Positions 10,015 through 19,409 of a stretch of DNA of 64,000 nt are shown piece after piece. Made by a program: the position numbers and the translations under genes. The DNA is taken from the NCBI GenBank assembly GCA_043826455.1, contig JBDRQD010000021.1:10181-74180 (forward strand), written 5' to 3'. Origin of the DNA: Candidatus Bathyarchaeota archaeon. GTDB taxonomy: Archaea; Thermoproteota; Bathyarchaeia; TCS64. The notes under the pieces are model-generated. The model ran no database searches and had not been told where the DNA came from. It saw only the letters and a list, made by a program, of their open reading frames with translations. Within the stretch, counting starts at the first letter, position 1. Each line of letters starts with the position of its first letter.

Positions 10015-10158
10015 TTATATCTCTTTTTTCTTCTTAGCTTGAACGTGCTCGCAGCAGTAGTAGGTCTCCTCGCCGTCCTCTTCGACGACAACTCTCATGA
10101 GCTGGCACCTCTCATCCTCCGCGGAGCCGCATATCTGGCACTTCAGCTTGGCGCTCAT
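10015..10158 (-). CDS. 47-aa Cys-rich (TRASH-like) metal-binding peptide, not in ORF track
   Basis: MSAKLKCQICGSAEDERCQLMRVVVEEDGEETYYCCEHVQAKKKKEI; ATGA overlap with the iscU stop. Confidence 0.75.
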   Translation of the reverse strand: MSAKLKCQICGSAEDERCQLMRVVVEEDGEETYYCCEHVQAKKKKEI

Positions 10159-10526
10159 TTCTGCTTCTTCTCCCTGTAGTTCTTTATGGCCTCGTGGAGG
10201 GCGTCCGCGGCCAGGTTGCTGCAGTGCATCTTCACGGGCGGCAGCCCGTCCAGGGCGTCTGCTACGCTCTGCCTAGTGATCTTCATGGCCTCGTCCAGTG
10301 TCTTACCCTTGGCCAGCTCAGTGGTCATGCTGCTGGTGGCTATGGCCGCGCCGCAGCCGAAGGTCTTGAACTTTACGTCCTCTATGCGGTCGTCCTTGAC
10401 CTTGATGTACATGGTCATCATGTCGCCGCACACCGGGTTGCCTACGGTGCCCTCGCCGTCGGCGTCCTTGAGCTCGCCCACGTTGCGGGGCTTCTTGAAG
10501 TGGTCCAGCACTTTCTCCGAGTACAC
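10155..10526 (-). CDS. iscU: Fe-S cluster scaffold IscU/NifU
   Basis: NPVCGD, FGCGAAIA, LPPVKMHCS. Confidence 0.97.
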   Translation of the reverse strand: MYSEKVLDHFKKPRNVGELKDADGEGTVGNPVCGDMMTMYIKVKDDRIEDVKFKTFGCGAAIATSSMTTELAKGKTLDEAMKITRQSVADALDGLPPVKMHCSNLAADALHEAIKNYREKKQK

Positions 10527-11693
10527 TTACCTCAACTCCTCTGGGGTCAGGGGCGACATGGCCCTCAGCTTCTTGATAACCGCCGGAAGCTGCTCGACTA
10601 CGTAATCGACTTGCTCCCTGTTATTATCTCTTCCTAGAGTAAATACTAGGCTGCCGTGGGCCTCCTCGTGTTTGAGGCCGCAGGCCAGCAGGGCGTGGCT
10701 GGGCTCCAGAGTCTTGGCTGCGCAGGCGGAGCCGGTGCCCACTTGTACGCCCAGGTTGTCGAGGCTGAGCACTATGGACTCGCCCTCGACGTAGCTGAAC
10801 CTGATGTTGGCGTTGTTGGGCAGCCGTCTCTGGGGGTGGCCGTTGAGGTAGCTCTCGGGGACGGCTTCCAGGAGGCCCTTGATGAGCCTGTCCCTGAGCC
10901 GGGTGAGCCTCTCCGACTCTTCCCCCATCTCCACGGCCGCTATCTCCGCTGCCTTACCCATGCCGACTATGCCCGGGGTGTTCTCGGAGCCTGATCTTAG
11001 GCCGTTCTCCTGGCCTCCGCCTATCATCTGAGGCTTCACCCTGACGCCCTTCCTTATGTATAGGGCTCCTACGCCTTTGGGTCCGTACATGTCGTTGCTG
11101 GACAGAGTCATCAGGTCTAGGCCCAGCTCCACCGAGTCCAAGGGTATCTGGCCCATGGCTGCGGTGGCGTCTGTGTGGAAGAGTGCGCCGTGCTGGTGGG
11201 CTATCTCTGCGGCGGCCTTTATGGGCTGGATGGTGCCTATCTCCCCGTTGGCGGCCATGATGCTCACCATGACGGTCTTCTCGTCCACTAGCTTCTTCAG
11301 CTCCTCCATGTCCACGGTGCCTGTGCTGCATACGGGGCAATGTTCGACCTTGAAGCCGCTGCGGGTGAGCTCCTTAGCTATGTTGATGACGCTTATGTGC
11401 TCCACGGCGCTGATGACCAGCTTGTCACCCTTCTTCTGGTTCCTGAGGCAGCCGCCTATAATGGCTAGGTTGTTGGCCTCGGTGGCCCCGGACGTGAACA
11501 CGATCTCCTCGGGGGATGCGTGAACCAGGTCCGCCACCTGTTTCCGGGCCAGCTTCAACGCGTTCAGCGCCCTGAAGCCCATGCTGTGGAAGCTGGCGGG
11601 GTTGCCGAAGGCTTCCGAGTGGTAGGGGGCCATGGCGTCGATGACTCTGGCGTCCACGGGCGTCGCTGAGCCGTGGTCCATGTAGACCTTCAA
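10527..11693 (-). CDS. iscS: Cysteine desulfurase, IscS/NifS type
   Basis: FTSGATE, EHISV, HTDA, GPKG, RSGSEN, GSAC. Confidence 0.92.
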   Translation of the reverse strand: MKVYMDHGSATPVDARVIDAMAPYHSEAFGNPASFHSMGFRALNALKLARKQVADLVHASPEEIVFTSGATEANNLAIIGGCLRNQKKGDKLVISAVEHISVINIAKELTRSGFKVEHCPVCSTGTVDMEELKKLVDEKTVMVSIMAANGEIGTIQPIKAAAEIAHQHGALFHTDATAAMGQIPLDSVELGLDLMTLSSNDMYGPKGVGALYIRKGVRVKPQMIGGGQENGLRSGSENTPGIVGMGKAAEIAAVEMGEESERLTRLRDRLIKGLLEAVPESYLNGHPQRRLPNNANIRFSYVEGESIVLSLDNLGVQVGTGSACAAKTLEPSHALLACGLKHEEAHGSLVFTLGRDNNREQVDYVVEQLPAVIKKLRAMSPLTPEELR

Positions 11694-11737
11694 AACTGAA
11701 CCTCACATGGTTTGATGGGTTGGAGGGATTAAAACGT

Positions 11738-11962
11738 TCACTTGCGGATGAGGAGGGTTACCTCGTCGCCGTCTTTCCTCACCTCGAGGACCGTGTGGCC
11801 TAGCCTGGCTGCCAACCGCCTCAGGTCCTCTTCGGCGGCCGGGTCGTCGGCTGTGACCTCCAGCACCTGGCCCTTCTCCATGCCGTCCAGGGCCACCCTG
11901 GTCCTGAATATGGGTTCAGGGCAGAAGAGCCCTACACAGTCCACTACTACATCCGGCTTCAC
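11738..11962 (-). CDS. tusA: Sulfur carrier TusA/SirA family
   Basis: DCVGLFCPEP, ADDPAAEED. Confidence 0.92.
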   Translation of the reverse strand: MKPDVVVDCVGLFCPEPIFRTRVALDGMEKGQVLEVTADDPAAEEDLRRLAARLGHTVLEVRKDGDEVTLLIRK

Positions 11963-12669
11963 TATTCCTCGCTCCTTGTTCGCGGCGGCTGGGTCATGGG
12001 CACCACCTCGTCCCGCACATAGTTGAGGTACTGGCCCTGATCAACCGTGTTGAATATAGTGACTGAACCGTCCCTTACTAACCCTACTGTGTGGCCGTGC
12101 TTCTTGGACTTGGTTAGGATGTACCATGGGTCGCCTCTCTGGGTGTACTCCTTGAAGAGGCCGGTGTCCACCACGTCCGGCCCGTACAGGCTGAGCTTGT
12201 TGAGGTTGGGGATGTCCATGTTCTCGAAGAAGATGACCTTGGTGCTCTCCGGGTTCTCCAGGTGGAACATCTTCAGGGTCTCCGGCAGTATCCGGGCCTC
12301 GACGATGACCCCGATCTCGCCCCAGATGAGCTCGCTGAGCCTGTTGGCCACACGGTTGGCCAGGGCCTTCTTGTCAACCACCATCAGGTAGGGGCGGCCC
12401 TCGTGCTCGGCGAAGGCGAAGAGCACCTCCTTGGTCACCGGGCTGGGGGACACCTTGCCGCGGTGGTAGTGGTGGGCCACGTAGTCGAAGCTGTAGAGGC
12501 CGGTCAACGTGTCCTCGGTTAGCGTGAGGTTTGCTACCTCCGTGAGGAGCTCTAGCTTCAGGTCGCCCTCTGTGTACTCCTTCTCCACCCTGTGCCCCTC
12601 CAGGGCCTTGCTTATGCCGGGTAGGCTCATGTACTCGGTGGCTACGAAGACTTTTCCGGCTGTAGGCAA
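11962..12669 (-). CDS. Hypothetical archaeal protein
   Basis: 235 aa; stop overlaps the tusA start (TAGTG); ggtga RBS. Confidence 0.7.
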   Translation of the reverse strand: MPTAGKVFVATEYMSLPGISKALEGHRVEKEYTEGDLKLELLTEVANLTLTEDTLTGLYSFDYVAHHYHRGKVSPSPVTKEVLFAFAEHEGRPYLMVVDKKALANRVANRLSELIWGEIGVIVEARILPETLKMFHLENPESTKVIFFENMDIPNLNKLSLYGPDVVDTGLFKEYTQRGDPWYILTKSKKHGHTVGLVRDGSVTIFNTVDQGQYLNYVRDEVVPMTQPPRTRSEE

Positions 12670-12952
12670 TCAAGCTCACCTTTTTGTAGGCTTAACAGGT
12701 ACGGGGGATATAAGATAAATGGTTTCTTTAGTGTGTGGTGAAGCATTGTTGCCGGTGTGAAGTTCTTGGGGTTTTCACGACTACTATCAGTGCTCATTAT
12801 AAAAACAAGAGGATTCGGTTATGTGCATGGTGAGGCTAGTTCAGCAGTGTCGTTCCCTAGATGATAAAAACGGGAAAAATAGTGGAACCATGATCCATCT
12901 CTATAATATAGATTTATAATACCGACGATAAGACCATTTAACTGTACGTTAA

Positions 12953-13855
12953 GTGTGGGCGGAAACTTTGTCAAAGATGAGTGAAGTGTTCAGGCTTGTC
13001 AAGTCTCGGGCGGAGATCATCTTCTTCTGGCCTTGGATCACCACCATGGCCTGCTTGCTGGTGGGAAGAGGGTTCCCCCCTCTGTATCCCTCTTTTATGG
13101 CTATCCTGGCGTCGGCGCTGATCACCACGTCCGTGTACATCTACAACGACTCCGTGGACAGCGAGATGGACAAGGTGAACCCCAGGAAGGCTAGGAGGCC
13201 TCTGGTGGATGGGAGCGCCACCTTGGAGACGGCCCACCAGCTCGTCGCAGTGTCAGGCGCCCTCGGGCTGCTCGTGTCTTACCTCGTCCACCCGGTAATG
13301 TTCGTGGCCACCCTGGCTTACTTTGTCGTCTACTTCATATACTCTATGCCCGGGGTCCGCCTCAAGGACATGTTCGTGGTGAAGGAGCTGGTGAGCGTCT
13401 CCGCCTTCGTGTTCGGAAGCCTCATCGCCTCCACGGCCATCACCGGGGGCGTCCACGTACCCACCATCATTGTTGGGTTCGTGCTGGCCGTGTTCGGTTT
13501 CCTGTCCACACCCGCCGTCAACGAGAGCTTCGACGCCAAGGAGGACCAGACCTCAGGGATAAGGACCCTGGGCGTGGTCCTCAGCTGGCAGGGCAGGGTC
13601 CAGATGCTGGGCGCCGCCATCTTCTACATCATCGCAGCCACACTGGCCGCGGCGACATGGCTAGGGTTCAGCTACATCCTGCCCATAGCGGTGACCCTGG
13701 GCGGTATCGTGGTGCTGATGAACCTGCCGGGCATCTACAGGAAGTTCGAGGAAAGTAAAGTGATGAGGATGAGGCGGGTGATGAAGGTTTACCTGTTCTT
13801 CACCCAGATCATGTTCGTGGTGGCCGTCACGGACTTCGCCCGCAGCCTACTGTAA
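12953..13855 (+). CDS. UbiA-family prenyltransferase (paralog 1)
   Basis: YNDSVDSEMD..N...RRPL, YS.P..RLK, second acidic motif NESFD..ED..G. Confidence 0.9.
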   Translation: MWAETLSKMSEVFRLVKSRAEIIFFWPWITTMACLLVGRGFPPLYPSFMAILASALITTSVYIYNDSVDSEMDKVNPRKARRPLVDGSATLETAHQLVAVSGALGLLVSYLVHPVMFVATLAYFVVYFIYSMPGVRLKDMFVVKELVSVSAFVFGSLIASTAITGGVHVPTIIVGFVLAVFGFLSTPAVNESFDAKEDQTSGIRTLGVVLSWQGRVQMLGAAIFYIIAATLAAATWLGFSYILPIAVTLGGIVVLMNLPGIYRKFEESKVMRMRRVMKVYLFFTQIMFVVAVTDFARSLL

Positions 13856-13888
13856 GTTCATGGTAATGTTTGGATCAACTGAACGCGT

Positions 13889-14641
13889 TTATTTTCTTTT
13901 ACCTACTGGGCACGCGTACATGCATACGCTGCACTCCACGTAGCTGCGGAGCGTGGGCCTCGTAACCAGCCTCCGCTCCTTCTCCCTGATCTCGGGTGCG
14001 AAGTCGGTCCTACCCGGGTTCTCCGAAGCATAGGTTAGGCACTTCATATGGTCGATCTTGTAGGGCGTCAGCGCACCCGTGGGGCAAGCCTTGATGCACC
14101 TGTCGCAGCCCTCACAGAAGTCCCCCTTGAACGGCTGGTCGGGCTCAAGCTCGGCCGAGGTCAGCACAGCCATGAGGCCAACCCTGGGGCCAACCTCCGG
14201 CGTGACCAAGAGCGTGTTCTTGCCCTGGCACCCTAGGCCGCACACTACGGCGGTCGTCTTCATGGGTATCGCCGTGTTGAACTGAGCCTTGTACCCCAGC
14301 TCCATGAGGCGACTCACTATGGGCATGGCCTTCGCCATGCTCACCTGGTACGCTATGTAGTAGCCCTCGATCTTCTCGTCGGGGCCGTGAAACATGTAGC
14401 CCTTCCACTCGGGGGAGCTGATCTGCATCATGAAGGTGGGGTCCCACACGTGGAGCGTGAGCATAATGACGCTCCTCGCATCGGGCATGAACTCCCGCGG
14501 CCTCTTAAGCTCTCTCACGTCGAACACCCAGCCGTACCGGAGGCCGTCCACCTTCTCCGGCGTGGTGAATCCCACCGAGTTGAACCCGGCCTCCAGGGCC
14601 ATCTCCCTGATCTCCGCCTTCAACGAGCCCAATGTAACCAC
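13889..14641 (-). CDS. Epoxyqueuosine reductase (QueG)-like 4Fe-4S protein
   Basis: GLG..GKNTLL.TP..G, CEGCDRCIKACP, CSVCMYACP. Confidence 0.85.
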   Translation of the reverse strand: MVTLGSLKAEIREMALEAGFNSVGFTTPEKVDGLRYGWVFDVRELKRPREFMPDARSVIMLTLHVWDPTFMMQISSPEWKGYMFHGPDEKIEGYYIAYQVSMAKAMPIVSRLMELGYKAQFNTAIPMKTTAVVCGLGCQGKNTLLVTPEVGPRVGLMAVLTSAELEPDQPFKGDFCEGCDRCIKACPTGALTPYKIDHMKCLTYASENPGRTDFAPEIREKERRLVTRPTLRSYVECSVCMYACPVGKRK

Positions 14642-14693
14642 CTTAAGTTGCTACGATGGTTAGATATATATTTAACCGTCGTGGACCTGATCA

Positions 14694-15302
14694 ATGGTTA
14701 CAATGACCGAGGCCGCCCGGTTCAAGCTCCTGGGAGGAACGCCCTGCCTGGACTTCGCCAACACCGTCGACTGGCGCAAAGGAGAGCCCCGGGAGCTGCT
14801 GAACAGCGTCCACGACCTCATAGACTGGGCCCGCCAGGCGGGCGTCATACCCGACGCAGACGCGGAGATACTACAAGAGGCCGCCAAGAGAGACCCCGGT
14901 GAAGCCGAGGCGCTCCTCAGGAGAGCCCTCAGCCTCAGGGAGACCATCCACAGGCTGTTCAAGGCCGCGGCCGAAGGCGAGGACCCAGACCAACGCGACT
15001 TGGAGCACCTCAACGAGGAGCTGGCCCAGGCCCTCAGCCACATGAAGCTGACCCGAATCGGCCCAGCCCTCACGCTCCAGCTACAGGGAGACGCAGCCGA
15101 GAAGATACTCTGGACGCTAGCCCACTCCGCGGCCCAGCTCCTAGCCTCACCCAGCCTCACAAGGGTCAAGGAGTGCGACGACCTCCGCTGCGGCTGGCTC
15201 TTCCTGGACACCAGCCGAAACGGCACCCGCCGATGGTGCAGCATGGATGACTGCGGCAACAGAAACAAGGCCCGCCGACACCACCAAAGAAAAACCAGCT
15301 AA
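14694..15302 (+). CDS. ABATE domain / CGNR zinc-finger protein
   Basis: CLDFANT; C....CGWLFLDTSRNGTRRWCSMDDCGNRNK. Confidence 0.93.
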   Translation: MVTMTEAARFKLLGGTPCLDFANTVDWRKGEPRELLNSVHDLIDWARQAGVIPDADAEILQEAAKRDPGEAEALLRRALSLRETIHRLFKAAAEGEDPDQRDLEHLNEELAQALSHMKLTRIGPALTLQLQGDAAEKILWTLAHSAAQLLASPSLTRVKECDDLRCGWLFLDTSRNGTRRWCSMDDCGNRNKARRHHQRKTS

Positions 15303-15378
15303 AACCAACCCAAAAAACCCACCCCCCCCCACAACCAACAAGCCACCACCCAACAAACAACAACCGACGGACACCAAA

Positions 15379-15483
15379 AACCACCACCACCGCCAAACAA
15401 CCCCGAAAAAGCCTCCAAACACGAAAACAAGCCTGAAAACCGGGAACCGCGGTGGCGGTGATGGGACCCCCCCTCCCCCCCAC
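15379..15483. repeat. Intergenic repeat family 1, copy A
   Basis: 105 bp, 99/105 identical to 63763-63867, same orientation. Confidence 0.95.
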
Positions 15484-15516
15484 GTGCACACACACGCAGA
15501 CAAGCCAAGAAAATAA

Positions 15517-15591
15517 TGGTGGGCCGAGCAGGGATCGAACCTGCGACCACCGCCACGTCAAGGCGATGTCATACCACTAGACCACCGGCCC
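15517..15591 (-). tRNA. tRNA-Val(GAC), CCA encoded
   Basis: gggccgg...tcggccc acca; anticodon loop tt-GAC-gt; GTTCGAT T-loop. Confidence 0.97.
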
Positions 15592-15628
15592 ACAGCGAAA
15601 TATAGGGAACAAGGAGCCGGTATAAAGT

Positions 15629-17644
15629 TTATCGGTGACCCAGCTCCACCAGCCCCATCCGCCCCAGCAGCCGGTACAGACCCACCAGATACTCCAGGTC
15701 CGTGGAACCCCTCTCCAGGCGCACCCTCTCACTCACCTCATAGAGGCTCCTGACCCCGTCCGTCCAGTACATGGCCAGCATCGCGGCGCTCCGCCCCCCC
15801 GGGTGGTCCTTATCCAGCTTCCTCAGCTCATCCTGCTCCACCAGGCTCAGCCTGGTGTCCCAGCCCCTGATGCTCCACGGGCCCCTATACACGCGGACCG
15901 GCACCATGGCGTCAGCCTCCTTCTCAAGCTTCCTCATCTGGGGCTTCCTGTAGGGCTTAGCCTCTTTTCCGCAAAGCTCAAGGACGCCGTTTATGGTCTT
16001 GGATGCGGCCTTCACCTGGGCCTTGGCCTCTGATTCCAGATCCTTCACGAAGCCCGCGACAGCCTCCTCTAGTGCCGCGTTCCCAGGCGCAAGCCTCTTC
16101 ACCGACTCCACGGCCTTAACCGCCACCTCCACCCAGTAGGCAGCCTGGGTCTTCAGTTCACGGGTATGTTTCGGTGCCTCAGATAGATCAACCGAGGCCT
16201 TCTCCACGTACGCCCTGAACCGCTCCAGCAGCAACGCCTTCTCCCTGCTGTAGGTCTCCGACGCGATCCAGGCCGCCTCCGCCGGACCCGCCGAGGCCAA
16301 GAAGTAGGTGTAGGTGGCCGTCACCGCGGCCGCCCTCCACAGCATGGACGGGTCCACCTTGTCCAGGGTGTCATAGCTGGTGTGCCAGAACTTGTCGGGC
16401 CACTGGATGAGCATGGGACAAGGCACCCCCACAGTGGGGTCACTGTACACGTAGTGGTCGCTGCCTCCGCTGAAGGGCGTCGTGGTGTGTCTGAACAGGG
16501 CGTAGCTGCTGCTGCCCCCCAGGTTCTTCACGTCCCTGGTCACCTCCTTGAATATGCAGGCCATCAAGCTGTTCACGTAGCTGGGGAACGCCTCCGGAGT
16601 CCGCTCCACGATGAAGCTGCCACTGGTGACGCACTGCCGCTCACCCACCATGTCCAGGTTCACAGCCGCCACCATGTCAGGTATCTCGGACTCCCTCGAC
16701 GCAAGATGCGCGTAGCTGCCGCTCATCTCGGGAACCAGGGTGAACACTATGCTCCTCCTGGGCCTGGGCAGCTCACCGGACTTGATGAGCTTCTGGAGGA
16801 CCCTGGCCGCCTCCAACGCAGCGGCCGAGCCTGAGGCGTTGTCGTTGCAGCTGGGCTGGGGGTGGCATATGTGGGCGACCACCACCACCTGCTCGCCTGT
16901 GTTACCCCTGATGACAGCGTAGGCGTTGTCCAGCACCCCATCATGGATGCTGCTCTCCACCCTAGCCTTCACCCGCACCGGTTTCTTGCTATCCTTGATT
17001 AGGTCCCGGAGCCACCTGCCCCTCCTGGGCGTCAGCACGTACCCGAAGCCGGGTTTCTCGTCCCCCGCCCACCAGAAGCTCGTGTACTTGAGGGCGTCGT
17101 CCAGCTCCCCCTCCGGCGTGTCAGGTTCCCTGATCCAGGTCCCGTAGTAGATGAGGCCCAGGGCCCCCCGCTCCTCCACCGCCAGCCTGTGAACCCTCTG
17201 AACGTCGCCGTCGGTGAGCACCATCCTGCCCCTCACGTCCACGCCTCTGTAGTCCTCAGGCTCCTCCCCCTTGCCCACGTAGACCACCTCGGCCGTCACG
17301 GGGCCAGCCGGGTGGCTCCTCTGGATGAGGCTCAGCTTGGACTCCTTCCACCTGGCCAGGAAGCACGCCTTCTCCTGGGGCTCCACCAGCTCCAGCTCGG
17401 CGTCCCTGCAGTTCCACTCTTTGAACATGAGGCTGCTCCAGGCGTACCCCTTACCGTCCGCCGGGTAACTGTGTACCTCGGATTCCAGGCCGTTGGCCTT
17501 GAAGGTTTCCACGGCCCACGCCACGGCGTCTGAGAGGCCCGGGCTGGCCTGGATCCTGTGGTGGCCGCTGATCTCCGCCACGTAGTTGAGGGCGATCTCG
17601 CCGGAGGCCTCTTTGGAGACCTTGTCAAGAACCTGTTTGAACAT
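15629..17644 (-). CDS. DUF4910 / M28-family aminopeptidase-like protein with PA domain
   Basis: AHICHP..CNDNASG, VPE, NLDMVG, GSDH, WHTSYD. Confidence 0.88.
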   Translation of the reverse strand: MFKQVLDKVSKEASGEIALNYVAEISGHHRIQASPGLSDAVAWAVETFKANGLESEVHSYPADGKGYAWSSLMFKEWNCRDAELELVEPQEKACFLARWKESKLSLIQRSHPAGPVTAEVVYVGKGEEPEDYRGVDVRGRMVLTDGDVQRVHRLAVEERGALGLIYYGTWIREPDTPEGELDDALKYTSFWWAGDEKPGFGYVLTPRRGRWLRDLIKDSKKPVRVKARVESSIHDGVLDNAYAVIRGNTGEQVVVVAHICHPQPSCNDNASGSAAALEAARVLQKLIKSGELPRPRRSIVFTLVPEMSGSYAHLASRESEIPDMVAAVNLDMVGERQCVTSGSFIVERTPEAFPSYVNSLMACIFKEVTRDVKNLGGSSSYALFRHTTTPFSGGSDHYVYSDPTVGVPCPMLIQWPDKFWHTSYDTLDKVDPSMLWRAAAVTATYTYFLASAGPAEAAWIASETYSREKALLLERFRAYVEKASVDLSEAPKHTRELKTQAAYWVEVAVKAVESVKRLAPGNAALEEAVAGFVKDLESEAKAQVKAASKTINGVLELCGKEAKPYRKPQMRKLEKEADAMVPVRVYRGPWSIRGWDTRLSLVEQDELRKLDKDHPGGRSAAMLAMYWTDGVRSLYEVSERVRLERGSTDLEYLVGLYRLLGRMGLVELGHR

Positions 17645-17716
17645 GGGATATTCTCGACATCCCATGATATAGGGTTTTCACGTGTGACCGCAACCGTGAT
17701 AAAACCCTGAGGCTAA

Positions 17717-18115
17717 ATGGATCCATTCCAGGCGGCGGCGATGACCCGGATCCACTACCACCCTTGCCCTCAGGCTCTCGGCGAGTACGACTACCTTACG
17801 GACACCATAGTCCTCCACGAGGGCCTAAGACGGTACCGGGAGATCCATGACCGGATCCTCCGCCACGAGCGGGAGCACGCCCGCATCTTCCGTGAGCACA
17901 GCGGCTGGCTGAAGAGGCTCGTCCTCAACGTGAAGCTGGATTACAGGGTCAGGATCACGGGCGCCACCAGGGTCCCCCTGAAGCTGCTGCGGGAGCTGTA
18001 CCCCTCGTCACTCGGATACGACTTGTTCAGGGCACTGTATCTTCTGGCGTACATACCGTTAGTAGTTTCCGAGGGCGTCGTCTTCACTGTGAAGAGCTTT
18101 CTGGGGTCTGAGTAA
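17717..18115 (+). CDS. Small hypothetical protein with HEXXH motif and C-terminal hydrophobic segment
   Basis: GEY....I.L...HEREH; hydrophobic tail LYLLAYIPLVV. Confidence 0.55.
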   Translation: MDPFQAAAMTRIHYHPCPQALGEYDYLTDTIVLHEGLRRYREIHDRILRHEREHARIFREHSGWLKRLVLNVKLDYRVRITGATRVPLKLLRELYPSSLGYDLFRALYLLAYIPLVVSEGVVFTVKSFLGSE

Positions 18116-18150
18116 GGCTTTTATTTACTCCGCTTGGTGTTATTGTGCGT

Positions 18151-18227
18151 GCCGCTGTAGCTCAGACTGGGAGAGCGCTCGGCTGAAGACCGAGGGGTCA
18201 AGTGTTCAAATCACTTCAGCGGCACCA
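18151..18227 (+). tRNA. tRNA-Phe(GAA), CCA encoded
   Basis: gccgctg/cagcggc acceptor stem; ctcgg-ctGAAga-ccgag; TTCAAAT T-loop. Confidence 0.97.
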
Positions 18228-18479
18228 AAACCCATTATCCTTGAGTACCTAACATCCTACACACTGCTATTATTGATCCTTTTCAATATAATTATTGATT
18301 ACGTATCGTTATCCATCAATATTAAACATAAATATATAGCTACAATATATATACTAGATATGGATTCTAGTTAAAATGCTGGTTTTGATGTCATGGTTCA
18401 AGACCAGTTAAAAAGTATTCATCGAAGCGAGAGTGTGGAAGATGAGCCAGTTCCAGAGTGAAGTATTGTCTGGAGGAAG

Positions 18480-19376
18480 ATGAAGATGGCCTCCCCATCT
18501 AAGATGAAGTCGTTCTCACTTCTGCTGAGGTCCAGACTCGAGGTCATTTTCATATGGACGTGGTCCACCATAGTAGCCTGTCTAATTGTCGGTAAAGGAA
18601 CCCCGCCCCTCACCCCCACCTTCAAGGCGATGGCGTCCATGATATTCGTCACGATATCTGTGTACACGTACAACGACATTGTGGACGCCGAGGCCGACAA
18701 GAATAACAAGGTTAAGATGGGCAGGCCCCTACCCTCCGGCCTGGTGCCTTTAAACGACGCGAAGATTCTTGCAGCTGTATCCGCTGTCATCGGACTCGCA
18801 ATTGGCTACACCATCAACATCTACGCCTTCGCCTTCATCAGCGTATTTTTCGTGGTGTTCGGAGCGTACTCCTACCCCCTGATTCACCTGAAGAAGATGT
18901 TCCTGGTGAAGGAGATAGTTATCTCGTCTGGCCCCATCATAGCCAGCCTAGTGGGCAGCTACGCCATCACCCAGTCCGTTTCCTACCAGGCCCTGTTCGC
19001 CGCAGTGATAACCGCCTTCATGGGCATGGTAATCCAGCCTGGGCTCAATGACAGCACGGACATAGAGGCTGACAGGCTCCAGGGCGTCAAGACCCTGGCC
19101 ATGGCCTTGGACTGGAAGATGAAGATGCAGATGCTGATATCGGGCATACTCCTGGTGATGGTGGTGACGCCCCTGACGTACAGCTACTTCAACTATAACC
19201 TGCTTCTGCCCCTGTGGATGGTGGGCGGAGGCTTCATCGCGTTGAGGTCCATATTCCCCATAAGGAACGCCTACGAGGAGACGGGGGTCCTTAAGGCCCG
19301 TAAGATGGTGATAATATACTGGGCGCTCATGCAGGTGTTCTCCATCCTGGGCGCCCTCAACATATCCTTCCTGTAA
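18480..19376 (+). CDS. UbiA-family prenyltransferase (paralog 2)
   Basis: YNDIVDAEAD..N...RPLPSG, NDSTDIEAD..GVKT. Confidence 0.9.
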   Translation: MKMASPSKMKSFSLLLRSRLEVIFIWTWSTIVACLIVGKGTPPLTPTFKAMASMIFVTISVYTYNDIVDAEADKNNKVKMGRPLPSGLVPLNDAKILAAVSAVIGLAIGYTINIYAFAFISVFFVVFGAYSYPLIHLKKMFLVKEIVISSGPIIASLVGSYAITQSVSYQALFAAVITAFMGMVIQPGLNDSTDIEADRLQGVKTLAMALDWKMKMQMLISGILLVMVVTPLTYSYFNYNLLLPLWMVGGGFIALRSIFPIRNAYEETGVLKARKMVIIYWALMQVFSILGALNISFL

Positions 19377-19409
19377 AAACCCGCGACAATTTTTTAGAAC
19401 CACTGGATT

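Noticed and set aside
15147..15561. Several ORFs over the A/C-rich tract, and similar ones at 63522-63950
   Set aside because: Low-complexity sequence lacks stop codons; the ORFs overlap a tRNA or repeat and have implausible composition
18393..18479. 22-codon ORF in frame with UbiA paralog 2, separated by TGA (possible readthrough)
   Set aside because: No similarity to paralog 1, no catalytic context for Sec, and easily a chance arrangement
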